A stretch of DNA of 64,000 nucleotides from Kiritimatiellia bacterium (GTDB lineage: Bacteria; Verrucomicrobiota; Kiritimatiellia; RFP12; UBA1067): NCBI GenBank assembly GCA_045627925.1, contig JAZQOS010000005.1, positions 2,900 to 66,899 of the forward strand. The letters are read 5' to 3'. The translations under genes were made by a program, and so were the position numbers. Under the pieces are notes generated by a model, which made no database searches, was not told the origin of the DNA, and saw only the letters and a program-made list of their open reading frames with translations. This document shows, piece after piece, positions 17,424 through 26,647 of this stretch (position 1 is the stretch's first letter; every line of letters begins with the position of its first letter).

Positions 17424-18404
17424 ATGAAAAAGATATTGGGGATAGCGGCGTTGGCGATGGTTTTGGGCGGGTGTGCGCCGTCGAACGACGAGCTCGCCGT
17501 CGAGCGGAGTTATGAGGAATTGCCGGAGAGTGCGGTCTTGGTAAGAGTGGGCGAGCGGGAACTTACGAAGCAAGATTTGGAAGCGTACGTGGAGTTGCAA
17601 GTAGCGCAGATCAAGAACTCCAAGCAGGTCGAGAAAGCGCGCGCGACTTTTCGCAAACGGCGTTTTGATAGCTTCCCCACGGTAGTTACGCTAGCCGAAG
17701 AGGCGAAAAAGCGTGCGCTCATGGCGGACGAAGAGTTGGCTACGAAGCAGCTCGGGCGGTATGCGAAACTGCGCCCGCAGTTGGCGGATTTCGCGAAAAG
17801 GGTTTTGGACGAAGAATTGTTGGGACGCGCGTTAAGAGCGCAGGTTTTTACTTCTCCGGTTGAGCTCGACGAAAATCGGCTACAACGGTTGGTGCAGACG
17901 ATTGGCGAGTACAACGAGAAGGCGAACGCGACCAATCAGCTGACGCGGGCGTTATTGGAGCGGGCCAAAGCGGATATTCTATCTGGGAAGACCGATTTTC
18001 AAAAGGTTTCGAACGAGCTTTCCGAAGACGATTGGGCGAAGGACGGCGATTGCGAGTGGGGGACGTTTACGCGGGAGAATCTCGACGGCGAGGACGAGGT
18101 CTTGGCGGCGCTCGATACGCTGGGTCAGGGAGAAATTATAGGTCCGCTCGAGGGCGACAACGGATATATGATTTTGCGCCTTGACAGCAAAGACGAAAAC
18201 GGCTATACTTTGAGTCGAATTTACCGTAGACAAGTTGCGCTTATGGAAGATGAGTCGGTGGACGAGTTGCGCACGCGCTTTACGGAAGAAGAGCATGAGA
18301 AACGGTTTGCCAAGCTGGCGGAGGAATTGCGGGCGCAGGCGAAGGTGAACTATCCGGTTGGAACCAATTTATTTAGTCAGGTAAAAAAGGAGAGTAGGAA
18401 ATGA
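17424..18404 (+). CDS. parvulin-type peptidyl-prolyl isomerase / SurA-PrsA-like lipoprotein
   Basis: Lipobox MVLGGC. The C-terminal region ILSGKTDFQKVSNELSEDDWAKDGDCEWGTFTRENLDGEDEVLAALDTLGQGEIIGPLEGDNGYMILRL follows the PpiC rotamase pattern (G.dF..la...S.d....gG.lG.f......f..a...l..Ge...p.....GyhIi). Confidence 0.65.
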   Translation: MKKILGIAALAMVLGGCAPSNDELAVERSYEELPESAVLVRVGERELTKQDLEAYVELQVAQIKNSKQVEKARATFRKRRFDSFPTVVTLAEEAKKRALMADEELATKQLGRYAKLRPQLADFAKRVLDEELLGRALRAQVFTSPVELDENRLQRLVQTIGEYNEKANATNQLTRALLERAKADILSGKTDFQKVSNELSEDDWAKDGDCEWGTFTRENLDGEDEVLAALDTLGQGEIIGPLEGDNGYMILRLDSKDENGYTLSRIYRRQVALMEDESVDELRTRFTEEEHEKRFAKLAEELRAQAKVNYPVGTNLFSQVKKESRK

Positions 18405-21400
18405 AAAAAACAATGCTTTTCGCGCTTGTCGCGTTGAGTGCGGTTAGTTCCGCTTGGGCGGCTGCGGAAAAACTGATTGATGGCTTCGTCAACAAGGAAG
18501 TGGTAACCCTTGGAGAGTGGAACTACAATTACACGGCCGTTAGAAAGTTCGCGGATGACCATAACATTCCAATTTTGATGTTCTACGGAATGGACAGTTG
18601 CGGAAAGTGCAACTCGATGATTAGGGACGGCCTTAACAGTTCGGTTTTCCGCAATTGGCTTAAAGACCATCCGATCTGCCTCGTTTTCCAAGACAAGAAG
18701 TCAACGGCAATGCAGACGGACGATGCGAAGAGGTTCGTCAAGACCGAAGGCGATGCGCAGCCGTCTACGGATTTGCCGTATATGAAAATTTACTGGAAGA
18801 ACAAAGACGGCAAGAAGCTTTATAAGGCCTTTACCGGTCGACTCAACCAGATGCCTTCGAAGACGGGCGCGACTCTTGGCCAACAGCTTGTGAATTCGCT
18901 GGAGTTGGTGCTTGCCGATTACTTCAAGGCAAAGACGCCGGCGGCGTTCGCGGTCGGCGACACTCCCGGAGATCGGCTTGAGGCGGAGATTGATGAGACT
19001 AAGTCGGTCGTAGTTCCGCTCAAGCGCGACGATGTGTCGAAGATAGTTACGGTTCCGTATACGGTTAAGTCGGGCACCAAGACGTTGAAAAGCGGCGAGG
19101 TAACTTTCGCTAAAGGCGAAGCGACGCAGTCCTTTACCGTCGCGATTCCCGAAGAGAAGTTCGCCGACGGCGATCAGCTGACGCTCGTCATCGGTAAGGA
19201 CGATGCTACCGCGACGAGCCACATTACTTTCGTTCAAAAGGAGAACTCGCCCAAGAATCCGCGTTGGATCGGCGAGCGCGACGCAAGTACGCTTAAGCCG
19301 GGCGAGTGGACGATGGACTATGAGCTTACGAAGAAGCAAGCGAAGAGCAAGGGCTCTTATACGCTCGCGCTCGTCGCGGGTTCGCTTTGGTGTCCCGACT
19401 GCGTGAATGCCGACGCCTACCTAATCGATACCGATGCGTTCAAGAACTGGGCGACGGAAAATCAAGTATTTTGCGCGACAATTGATGTGCCGGCCTTTCC
19501 CGCCAACAAGAATACGTGCCTTTTGACGCGCGAGGCAAGTGAGGTATCGACGCGTTACATTAACGCGACCGTTCCGCCGCAGGATAAGATTCAGAGCGGC
19601 GCGGGATATCTTTCGCGGCACGAGATTTCCGACGCGGACGCCGCTGAGGCGCTTGCGCGCAACCTCAATCTCGTAACGAACGTGATTGCGAATAGCGGAC
19701 TTTGCCGTCCCGAGCAGCTCGCGGATAACAATCCCGAAACCGGCGCTTGGAAGACCGGCGTTCCCGGCTTTATCGTCCTCGACGAAAACGCGCGCATCCT
19801 CGGACGACTCTATCAGTTCAGCAACGTGAGCCCGACCGATACGAGCGCGGCCGAGGCTTATGTGCAGCGGCTCGACGAGATTATCGCGCTCAAGAACGAC
19901 CCGACCGAGGAGCTCAATCGCGACTGGTCGACCGCGACTACCGCCGATTGCGAGCTTTCGATGGCCGACGGGGCGACCAAGACCTCGACCATTTCGGCGA
20001 TCGACACTATCGATTATTGGAAGCTTGGCAAGCGCGAAAAGTGGGTCAGCGCCGATTTCACGGTCGTGGGCAAGACCGGCGCGACGGGCGAGAACAATGT
20101 CAAGCTCGAGCTTTGGCGCGTTGAAGGCAACAAGGCGACGATGGTCGAAGGCAAGACGGGTAACCTCAAGTCGGGTGTGAAGATTTCGAACTTGGGGGTG
20201 CCCGCGAGCGGCGACTACTATCTTAAGTTGAGCGCGTTGGATACGAGCGAGGCGTTTAAGCTCGAACACGAGGGCGACTCGACCGTCGAATATACGATTA
20301 CGGTCGCCGCGCGCGAAAACGCGGGCACGCTCGCTTTCGAACCGATTTCGGCCAAGGCGACCGAAGACGAGGCCAAGCGCGCGGGCGGAACGCTTCGCGT
20401 CTATGCGACGCTTAAGCGCAACGGCGGCGCGACCGGCGAGAAGGAAGTCGCGATCAAGGTAGTCGAGGAACTTACCACGGCGATTGAAGACCGTTACGAG
20501 CTCGTTACCAAGTCGGTTACGTGGGCGGACGGCGAGATGGGCGCGAAGTCCGTCGCGATTGACGTATTCGACGACGCGAACGCCGACGGAACCCAGCTCC
20601 TTACGATTTGCGCCGACGATCCGGCGACTGCGGTCTTCGCGCTGGAGATCGTCGACAACGACAAGACCAATCCCGGCAAGCTGGCCTTAAGGGCAATCAA
20701 TCCGACGACGGCGAAGAAGGGCACGGTTATCGCCATTGAGGGAACGACGATTACGCTCGCGGTAGAGCGGTACGCGGGCGCGTCGGGTTACGCGGGTTGC
20801 ACGCTGTCGACCACGGCCGGTAGCTTCGGCCAGACTCAGGCGTTCGGGTGGGAATCGCGCGAGGGCGGACCCAAGACGATCGACCTTAATTTGCCGACGC
20901 TTGCGGAGTATCCTTCGGGCAAGGTCACCGTCTCGCTCGCCAACAAGATCGGCGCCGCCCTCGACACCGCGGCGAAGTCGCTGACCGTCGAGCTCATCTC
21001 CCAGGACGCGCCGCAGTTCCAGACGGCGACCGAGAAGCTTTCGTGCGTTCGTTATCTCGCGGTTGACGAGGAAGTCGAGATTCTCAACCTCGGTACCGCG
21101 ACCGCCAAGGTAACCAAGCTCTCCGGTTCGATTCCGGCCGGAATCAAGGTCGCGGTCGCGGACGGCAAGTTGAAGATCACCGGCGTGCCGACCGGCACCG
21201 GCCGATATTCGGCGACTTACCAGATTTCCAAAACCGAAAAGCGCGTAACGACGAAGGGCGCGACGATCGGGCTCGAGTTCGAAATCGTAGACGTTTCGAC
21301 GCTCGACCCGGCGGATCCGGGCGCGAATCCGGCGGTGAAGAAGAGCCGCACCTTCGGCGATATGGCGGTTATCGACGAGAGCAAGCAGCGGTTGGTGGGA

Positions 21401-22480
21401 ATTTTGAGCGGGCTTACGATTCCGCCGACCGGCAAGGCGAGCGCCAAGTTCAAGTGCGCCGAGGGGACGATTTCGCTTTCGGCGACGGGTTGGTCGGCCT
21501 ACAGCTCCGACGACGGTACGCTCTCCGCGCAGCTCGTAGTCGCGAAAAAGGCGTATAAACTCGCGCTGGACGCCAAACGCGACGGCTCGGTTGAAATCAA
21601 GCTTTCGGATCCCGCCGGCAACGAGTTCACGGCTTCGGCAATGGAGAACGGTTGGAGCAAGAAGAACCCGGCGACCGCGTGGAAGGGCACATACACGGCG
21701 GCGGTTCGTAACGCAATCTTGCCAGAAGGCGTCGAGGACTTCGCCTTCGCGATGGGTAATCCGATTATCACCTTCAAGCTCACGACCTCGACTGCGCTCA
21801 ATAAGGGACTCGTCTCCTATTCGGGTACGCTCCCGAACGGCCAGACATTCAGCGGTTCGGCGACGCTTTCCATGGTCTACCCGACGCTTGCGGAGCTTCC
21901 AATCTACTATCGTTCGACGAAGGAGTTCTTTACCGCGATGCCGCAGATCAAGGCCAATCACGTCAATAAGGCGGTTGAATCGAACGAGAGTGTGTTGCCG
22001 TACTGGCGCCATACCGAATCGACGAGCAAGGCGGCGTGCTACGAGCTTTACTATCTCCTCATCAACGGTTCGTACTACAATAGCGCAATCGACTTCACCA
22101 AGACGATCGATCCTACGAAGAGCGGGCACATTCTCGCGACGCCGATCGACGCGCTGGAAATCGCGACGAAGATCGAAAAGTCGAAAGTAACGCTCGACAA
22201 GGCGGAGGCGAAGGCGGTTTCGGCGACCGCTACCGTTACCAAGTCGACCGGTATTGTGAGCGGTCGGTTCAAGACCACTACCGAAGCCGGAAAGGCGGTA
22301 ACGGCGAGCTATAAGATGGTCATTCTCCCCGATTGGGACGACGGATGTCCGGATTGCGGCGGAGTGGAGTGGGCGAGCGGAGCTTGCTGGTTCACCGACA
22401 AGCTTACGCTCGATTCGAAGGCGGTTTCGGTCAAGTGCGGCGACGTGATGATGATCGAAGCGGTCGAAAGCGTCGAGTAA
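18401..22480 (+). CDS. 1359-aa secreted protein with thioredoxin-like CxxC modules, Calx-beta-like and PPC-like domains
   Basis: Signal peptide MKKTMLFALVALSAVSSAWA. CGKC at 18599-18610 in ILMFYGMDSCGKCNSM. WCPDC at 19391-19402. GCPDC at 22346-22357. Calx-beta-like segments (e.g. VTFAKGEATQSFTVAIPEEKFADGDQLTLVI). ATGA overlap with the PPIase gene. Confidence 0.8.
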   Translation: MKKTMLFALVALSAVSSAWAAAEKLIDGFVNKEVVTLGEWNYNYTAVRKFADDHNIPILMFYGMDSCGKCNSMIRDGLNSSVFRNWLKDHPICLVFQDKKSTAMQTDDAKRFVKTEGDAQPSTDLPYMKIYWKNKDGKKLYKAFTGRLNQMPSKTGATLGQQLVNSLELVLADYFKAKTPAAFAVGDTPGDRLEAEIDETKSVVVPLKRDDVSKIVTVPYTVKSGTKTLKSGEVTFAKGEATQSFTVAIPEEKFADGDQLTLVIGKDDATATSHITFVQKENSPKNPRWIGERDASTLKPGEWTMDYELTKKQAKSKGSYTLALVAGSLWCPDCVNADAYLIDTDAFKNWATENQVFCATIDVPAFPANKNTCLLTREASEVSTRYINATVPPQDKIQSGAGYLSRHEISDADAAEALARNLNLVTNVIANSGLCRPEQLADNNPETGAWKTGVPGFIVLDENARILGRLYQFSNVSPTDTSAAEAYVQRLDEIIALKNDPTEELNRDWSTATTADCELSMADGATKTSTISAIDTIDYWKLGKREKWVSADFTVVGKTGATGENNVKLELWRVEGNKATMVEGKTGNLKSGVKISNLGVPASGDYYLKLSALDTSEAFKLEHEGDSTVEYTITVAARENAGTLAFEPISAKATEDEAKRAGGTLRVYATLKRNGGATGEKEVAIKVVEELTTAIEDRYELVTKSVTWADGEMGAKSVAIDVFDDANADGTQLLTICADDPATAVFALEIVDNDKTNPGKLALRAINPTTAKKGTVIAIEGTTITLAVERYAGASGYAGCTLSTTAGSFGQTQAFGWESREGGPKTIDLNLPTLAEYPSGKVTVSLANKIGAALDTAAKSLTVELISQDAPQFQTATEKLSCVRYLAVDEEVEILNLGTATAKVTKLSGSIPAGIKVAVADGKLKITGVPTGTGRYSATYQISKTEKRVTTKGATIGLEFEIVDVSTLDPADPGANPAVKKSRTFGDMAVIDESKQRLVGILSGLTIPPTGKASAKFKCAEGTISLSATGWSAYSSDDGTLSAQLVVAKKAYKLALDAKRDGSVEIKLSDPAGNEFTASAMENGWSKKNPATAWKGTYTAAVRNAILPEGVEDFAFAMGNPIITFKLTTSTALNKGLVSYSGTLPNGQTFSGSATLSMVYPTLAELPIYYRSTKEFFTAMPQIKANHVNKAVESNESVLPYWRHTESTSKAACYELYYLLINGSYYNSAIDFTKTIDPTKSGHILATPIDALEIATKIEKSKVTLDKAEAKAVSATATVTKSTGIVSGRFKTTTEAGKAVTASYKMVILPDWDDGCPDCGGVEWASGACWFTDKLTLDSKAVSVKCGDVMMIEAVESVE

Positions 22481-22498
22481 GCTTTTCGAGGCACGACG

Positions 22499-23338
22499 AT
22501 GCGCCCAATTTACGTAGTCGGTTGCGGAGTTGTGCTTGCGGCGGCGGCGATCGCCTGGTTTTGGCCGGGCGATCGCGCGGCCATGCCCACGGAAGAAAGC
22601 GCCGACGAGGCGATGCAGCTCATTGCCGAGCCGGCGAAAAAGCCGAAAGCGAAAGGCGTTGAAAAGGCGCGTAACGAGGCGCGTCCCAAGCGTCTTCGAG
22701 CCAAGTCTCCAAAGTCCGTGAAATCCGGTCGGCGGCGCTTGACGGCGGAGGAACGCGCGGCGCGGGCGGCGCTATTACCCAAGCTTACGGCCGAGGAGCA
22801 GCGCTCGGTAGACGAAATTCAAGCGGCTTCCGACGAGCCGAAGTATTCCAAGCTCAAGCAGCTGGTACTATCCGCGCAGAATAACCCCAGTAAGGCGGTG
22901 CGATTGGAGGCGATTGAATCGCTGATGAGCTTCGGCAAGGAGGCCTTAGCTGAGGCGACGTCGTATCTCGCGGACGCTGACCAGGAAGTCGCGGAGATGG
23001 CGATGGACGTAATCGAGCAGGCGCTCGCCGATTTTGACGACAATCAGGAAGCCGCCAAATTGAAATACATCGAGAGCGTCTTGGCGGTGGAAGGCGCGTG
23101 CAACGAAGATTGCGCCAATATGCTGATCGGCGAGCTGAATACTATGCAAAACGAGCCGGCCACAGCCGAATCGATTGCGCGGCTTATCGAGGGCACGACC
23201 GATACGACCCGACTGGAGCAGCTGCGCGAGGCCTACGAGTTCGTGACTGGCGAGGAATACGTCGACTCAAGGGCCGCGAAGGATTGGGCGGAGCAGAAGC
23301 GACAGGAAGCCGCCGAGGATGCGGAAGAGCTGGAGTAA
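22499..23338 (+). CDS. membrane-anchored protein with a basic linker and an acidic HEAT-like helical domain
   Basis: 279 aa. N-terminal TM IYVVGCGVVLAAAAIAWFW. Lys/Arg-rich segment. Helical repeats such as AVRLEAIESLMSFGKEALAEATSYLADADQEVAEMAMDVIEQAL. Confidence 0.7.
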   Translation: MRPIYVVGCGVVLAAAAIAWFWPGDRAAMPTEESADEAMQLIAEPAKKPKAKGVEKARNEARPKRLRAKSPKSVKSGRRRLTAEERAARAALLPKLTAEEQRSVDEIQAASDEPKYSKLKQLVLSAQNNPSKAVRLEAIESLMSFGKEALAEATSYLADADQEVAEMAMDVIEQALADFDDNQEAAKLKYIESVLAVEGACNEDCANMLIGELNTMQNEPATAESIARLIEGTTDTTRLEQLREAYEFVTGEEYVDSRAAKDWAEQKRQEAAEDAEELE

Positions 23339-23894
23339 GCCGCTCGCGGTCGCGCTCGCGATTGCGGCGCTTGTCGGGGCATGGTTCGTTTTTCCACGAG
23401 AGAAGGCCCGGCGAGACGAATCTGTCGTAATTGGCGAGGATGAAAGCGAAGAAATCGCGAAATCCGACTATATCGTCGAAGTCGAGCCGGAAATCCCCGA
23501 ATCGCTGAGCGAGGCGCTTTCGGGCGAAACCCCGAGCGAGGCGGCGGCAGCCGAGTTCGACGATTTGGTGGACGAGTGGAGAGAGCCGCGAACGGAGGCG
23601 ATTGACGAGGTGGCGGTGGCGAAATTCGCCAAAACCTTCGAGGGCTTGGCGGAGGACGACCGCGAAGCCGGTCTGCAGCGGGCGCTGAATCTCATCCCCG
23701 ACGACAATATTCTCGTTTTGTCGGGAATACTCTTTGGAGAGACTGGCGACGAGACAGCGAAAACGATGATTTTCCACGACATCCTCAATCGCGACGAGGC
23801 GGTGAAGCTTCCGATACTGGAGGAAATCCGCAAAAATCGAAGCCATCCGTGCTTCGAGGACGCCGATTGGGTGCTTGAATCGACGGCGGATTGA
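23319..23894 (+). CDS. membrane-anchored acidic protein (hypothetical)
   Basis: 191 aa. N-terminal anchor WSKPLAVALAIAALVGAWFVF. Overlaps the upstream gene by 20 nt. Confidence 0.65.
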   Translation: MRKSWSKPLAVALAIAALVGAWFVFPREKARRDESVVIGEDESEEIAKSDYIVEVEPEIPESLSEALSGETPSEAAAAEFDDLVDEWREPRTEAIDEVAVAKFAKTFEGLAEDDREAGLQRALNLIPDDNILVLSGILFGETGDETAKTMIFHDILNRDEAVKLPILEEIRKNRSHPCFEDADWVLESTAD

Positions 23895-23906
23895 ACAATT
23901 TTACCA

Positions 23907-23935
23907 TTGCCTCGGGAGCCTGACTTTGGTATAAT
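23907..23935 (+). promoter_or_regulatory. candidate promoter with extended -10 (TTGCCT - 17 nt - TGgTATAAT)
   Basis: TTGCCT at 23907-23912, TG at 23927-23928, TATAAT at 23930-23935. The -10 box lies in the loop of the inverted repeat CTTTGG (23924-23929) / CCAAAG (23938-23943). Confidence 0.5.
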
Positions 23936-23956
23936 CTCCAAAGTTGGGATAGTATT

Positions 23957-26647
23957 GTGAAATTAAGGGTATTGACATTATTGTCGGTATTTGCCGTCAC
24001 GCTTGGCGTGAGGGCGGCTCAGAGTGCGTTTTACGATAAATTCGGCTTTGAGTCTCCGCTAGTCATAAATAGCGAACTTAATCCCAAGGCTGATGACTCC
24101 GGCGCCGAAACCCAGTATACGTGGTGGATTTCCGCTCGAATCGACGAGCCGACGAAGCAGGCGGGCGTCGTAAAGAGTTATGGTAGCGAGACTGCCTACG
24201 AATATCCCGATAGCGAAGCGACGGCACTCGTTAAGCCGGGTCATGGAACGCAGTACGTCGAGCTTAATGCGTCGGTGAATCCGCTTTACCGCACGAACAA
24301 CTTTTCCGATGGCGTGCATGAGCCCGATGAGCTAACGCAAATCGGCGGCGGCTTCATCGTTGATACGCTCGTTAAGCTCTCCTATCGCGACGAGGACGAG
24401 GTTGATCTCGAAGAGTTGAAGGCAGATTATGGCGAGCTTTTCCGCCCGAAAGTCCTCGTTTGGCAAAATCCTTCGACCAATTTGATCGCGACTGCGGCTT
24501 CGATTGGGGAAACGATTGACGCGATTGCACCAAAGAATTTCGTCCTTGCCGACGAGTCGGGCGCGGAGTTGGAGCTTGGAACCAACGATTGGCATCGTCT
24601 AACCATTCGACTTTTTGACGACATTACGAGCGACAATCAGAAGATCGCCGGTGTGGATATTTTCGTCGACGAGAAGCCGGTGAAGTGCGCGGAGGCGAGC
24701 GCGACCGATTACGAAACGGCGTTTGGCGGATTCCTCAAGGATCGGCTGAATCCGACGGCAAGCGCGCTCTACGCGGAGAAGCGGCTTTTCATCAGTCTCG
24801 TTCCCGGCGGAACGAAAACCGCCCAAACCTTTATGGCGGCGGGCTTCAACGGCTGCGGTAAGATTGACGACCTTTCGACGGTTTCGCTCGCGGAAGCGCC
24901 CGCGTTCGCGCAAGGCGGAACGTGGACCTTGAAGTGGACGGAAGGGGTTACTGGATTTAAGCTGAACGGCGAGGCGGTTTCGATCGAGGGCGGTGCCAAG
25001 GAGATCGCTTTCACCGGCGCGAGCGATACGGCGGAGATTACCGAGGTTACCTACGCCGAGGGTTATGCAGCGGGTACGTGGACGACCGAGGGCGGAGCGA
25101 CGCTCGACAACGATACCTTTACGATCACCGCCGCGAACGCGGTTTGCACCATCGTCGCGAATCTCGAGGCGGTTGGCCGGTTTACAGTCGGGGACAAGAG
25201 CTATTCGCTTCTCTCGGAGGTTTTCGCCGATCTGGGCAGCGAGCCGATTACGATTGAGCTTACCGATGATTTTTCGACGGCGTTGGAAACTGGCATGGAA
25301 GAGGGATATCTTATCGGTAGCGATATGCCGGCGATTACGCTCGATATTAAGGGCCATACGATTACCAAGGAAGGCATTTCGGGCGTACTCTTTACGATTA
25401 ACGAAGAATGCAAGGGCTTTACGTTAATTGATACGGTTGGCGGCGGTAAGTTGGTGGGAGATGCGGAAGGGCTTTTCAACATCTCGGGCCTGATGACGAT
25501 TGGTAATCTTGAAGGCGATAAGGGCGTTACGATTGAGACGGTGCTTACCGACAAGTTTGGCGCAAGTGAGGATTTGACGATCGTCAATGGTGCGTTCAAA
25601 GACCCGAATAACACGACATCTACGGGCGCGTTTAGTTATGTGGATAATCTTGCGAAGGGTCGGGGCTGTGAATTGGTGAAATTGGAGGAATTGGAGGATG
25701 ATTACTACTGGACGATTACCCAAGGCGGCACCTACAAGTTAGAGTGGACTGAAGGAGTTGCGAGCTTTAAGGCGAACGGGACGCCAATGGAAGTAACGGA
25801 GGCGGGAGGGGTGGTCTTTAGTTTCGTGGGCGAATCGACAACTTTGGAAATTACCGAGGTCGTTTACGCGGAAAATTACCGACAAGGTGCGTGGATCGCC
25901 GAAGGCGGCGCGACTTTGTCGGAAGCAACGTTTACGATTGTTTCTGGTGCGGAAGACCCCGTCTGCGTGATTGTGGCGGAAGTTATTCCGCCTTTGCCGG
26001 CCTCGGTGAACTTCACTGCGACTTTCGGCGAGGGCGTCGAGTCGGCGAAATTGATGAAGGGCGATGAACTTATTGAAGAACTTGTCGCTGGCGAACCGGT
26101 TGAAGTTGATTTTGAAACGACCTACACCATCGAACCGACGTTGAAGCCCTGGTATGTGGACGCGACGATTTCTACGAGCGAGGGCATTACTCCGGACGGA
26201 CTTTCCTTCACTGTAGACGCTGGCGCGGAGGCGGCGAGCGCGACGATTAGCGCAACGAACGCGAAGGACTCGGCGCGTTCGGCTTCGGAACTCGCAGGAT
26301 TGCTGGGCATCACCGAGAATCCCGAGGCGATTGCAAACGATACGCGTTTCAAGGCAATCGCGATTTGGGCGCAGGGTAAGGGATATTTGCCGATGAAGTT
26401 GAACGACGCGGGTTTCAACCGCGAATATCTCCTGAATGGCTTCGACGGCGTCTTAAGGATTACTTCGATTGCGGTGGATTCGACAACGGGAGTAATTACA
26501 ATCGGCAAGCCCGAGTGGGATTTCAACGGAGTCTTGCATGTCCAAGGTAAGGCGCTACTTACCGACGGCGAATGGGACGATTGCACCGAGCCGATAACGA
26601 CTGCCGATGGCTACAACTTCTTCAGATTGGAACTGCGTTTTGAATAA
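23957..26647 (+). CDS. 896-aa secreted protein with an N-terminal LamG/concanavalin-like domain and an internal duplication
   Basis: GTG start. Signal peptide VKLRVLTLLSVFAVTLGVRA. LamG-like pattern GGFIVDTLVKL...WHRLTIRL...VDIFVDEKPV...GFNGCGKIDDL. Two ~87-aa repeats. Confidence 0.8.
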   Translation: MKLRVLTLLSVFAVTLGVRAAQSAFYDKFGFESPLVINSELNPKADDSGAETQYTWWISARIDEPTKQAGVVKSYGSETAYEYPDSEATALVKPGHGTQYVELNASVNPLYRTNNFSDGVHEPDELTQIGGGFIVDTLVKLSYRDEDEVDLEELKADYGELFRPKVLVWQNPSTNLIATAASIGETIDAIAPKNFVLADESGAELELGTNDWHRLTIRLFDDITSDNQKIAGVDIFVDEKPVKCAEASATDYETAFGGFLKDRLNPTASALYAEKRLFISLVPGGTKTAQTFMAAGFNGCGKIDDLSTVSLAEAPAFAQGGTWTLKWTEGVTGFKLNGEAVSIEGGAKEIAFTGASDTAEITEVTYAEGYAAGTWTTEGGATLDNDTFTITAANAVCTIVANLEAVGRFTVGDKSYSLLSEVFADLGSEPITIELTDDFSTALETGMEEGYLIGSDMPAITLDIKGHTITKEGISGVLFTINEECKGFTLIDTVGGGKLVGDAEGLFNISGLMTIGNLEGDKGVTIETVLTDKFGASEDLTIVNGAFKDPNNTTSTGAFSYVDNLAKGRGCELVKLEELEDDYYWTITQGGTYKLEWTEGVASFKANGTPMEVTEAGGVVFSFVGESTTLEITEVVYAENYRQGAWIAEGGATLSEATFTIVSGAEDPVCVIVAEVIPPLPASVNFTATFGEGVESAKLMKGDELIEELVAGEPVEVDFETTYTIEPTLKPWYVDATISTSEGITPDGLSFTVDAGAEAASATISATNAKDSARSASELAGLLGITENPEAIANDTRFKAIAIWAQGKGYLPMKLNDAGFNREYLLNGFDGVLRITSIAVDSTTGVITIGKPEWDFNGVLHVQGKALLTDGEWDDCTEPITTADGYNFFRLELRFE
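24914..25174 (+). repeat. internal protein repeat copy 1 (87 aa) of the 896-aa protein
   Basis: GGTWTLKWTEGVTGFKLNG...EITEVTYAEGYAAGTWTTEGGATLDNDTFTI...VCTIVANLEAV is about 50% identical by eye to copy 2. Confidence 0.8.
25724..25984 (+). repeat. internal protein repeat copy 2 of the 896-aa protein
   Basis: GGTYKLEWTEGVASFKANG...EITEVVYAENYRQGAWIAEGGATLSEATFTI...VCVIVAEV. Confidence 0.8.
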
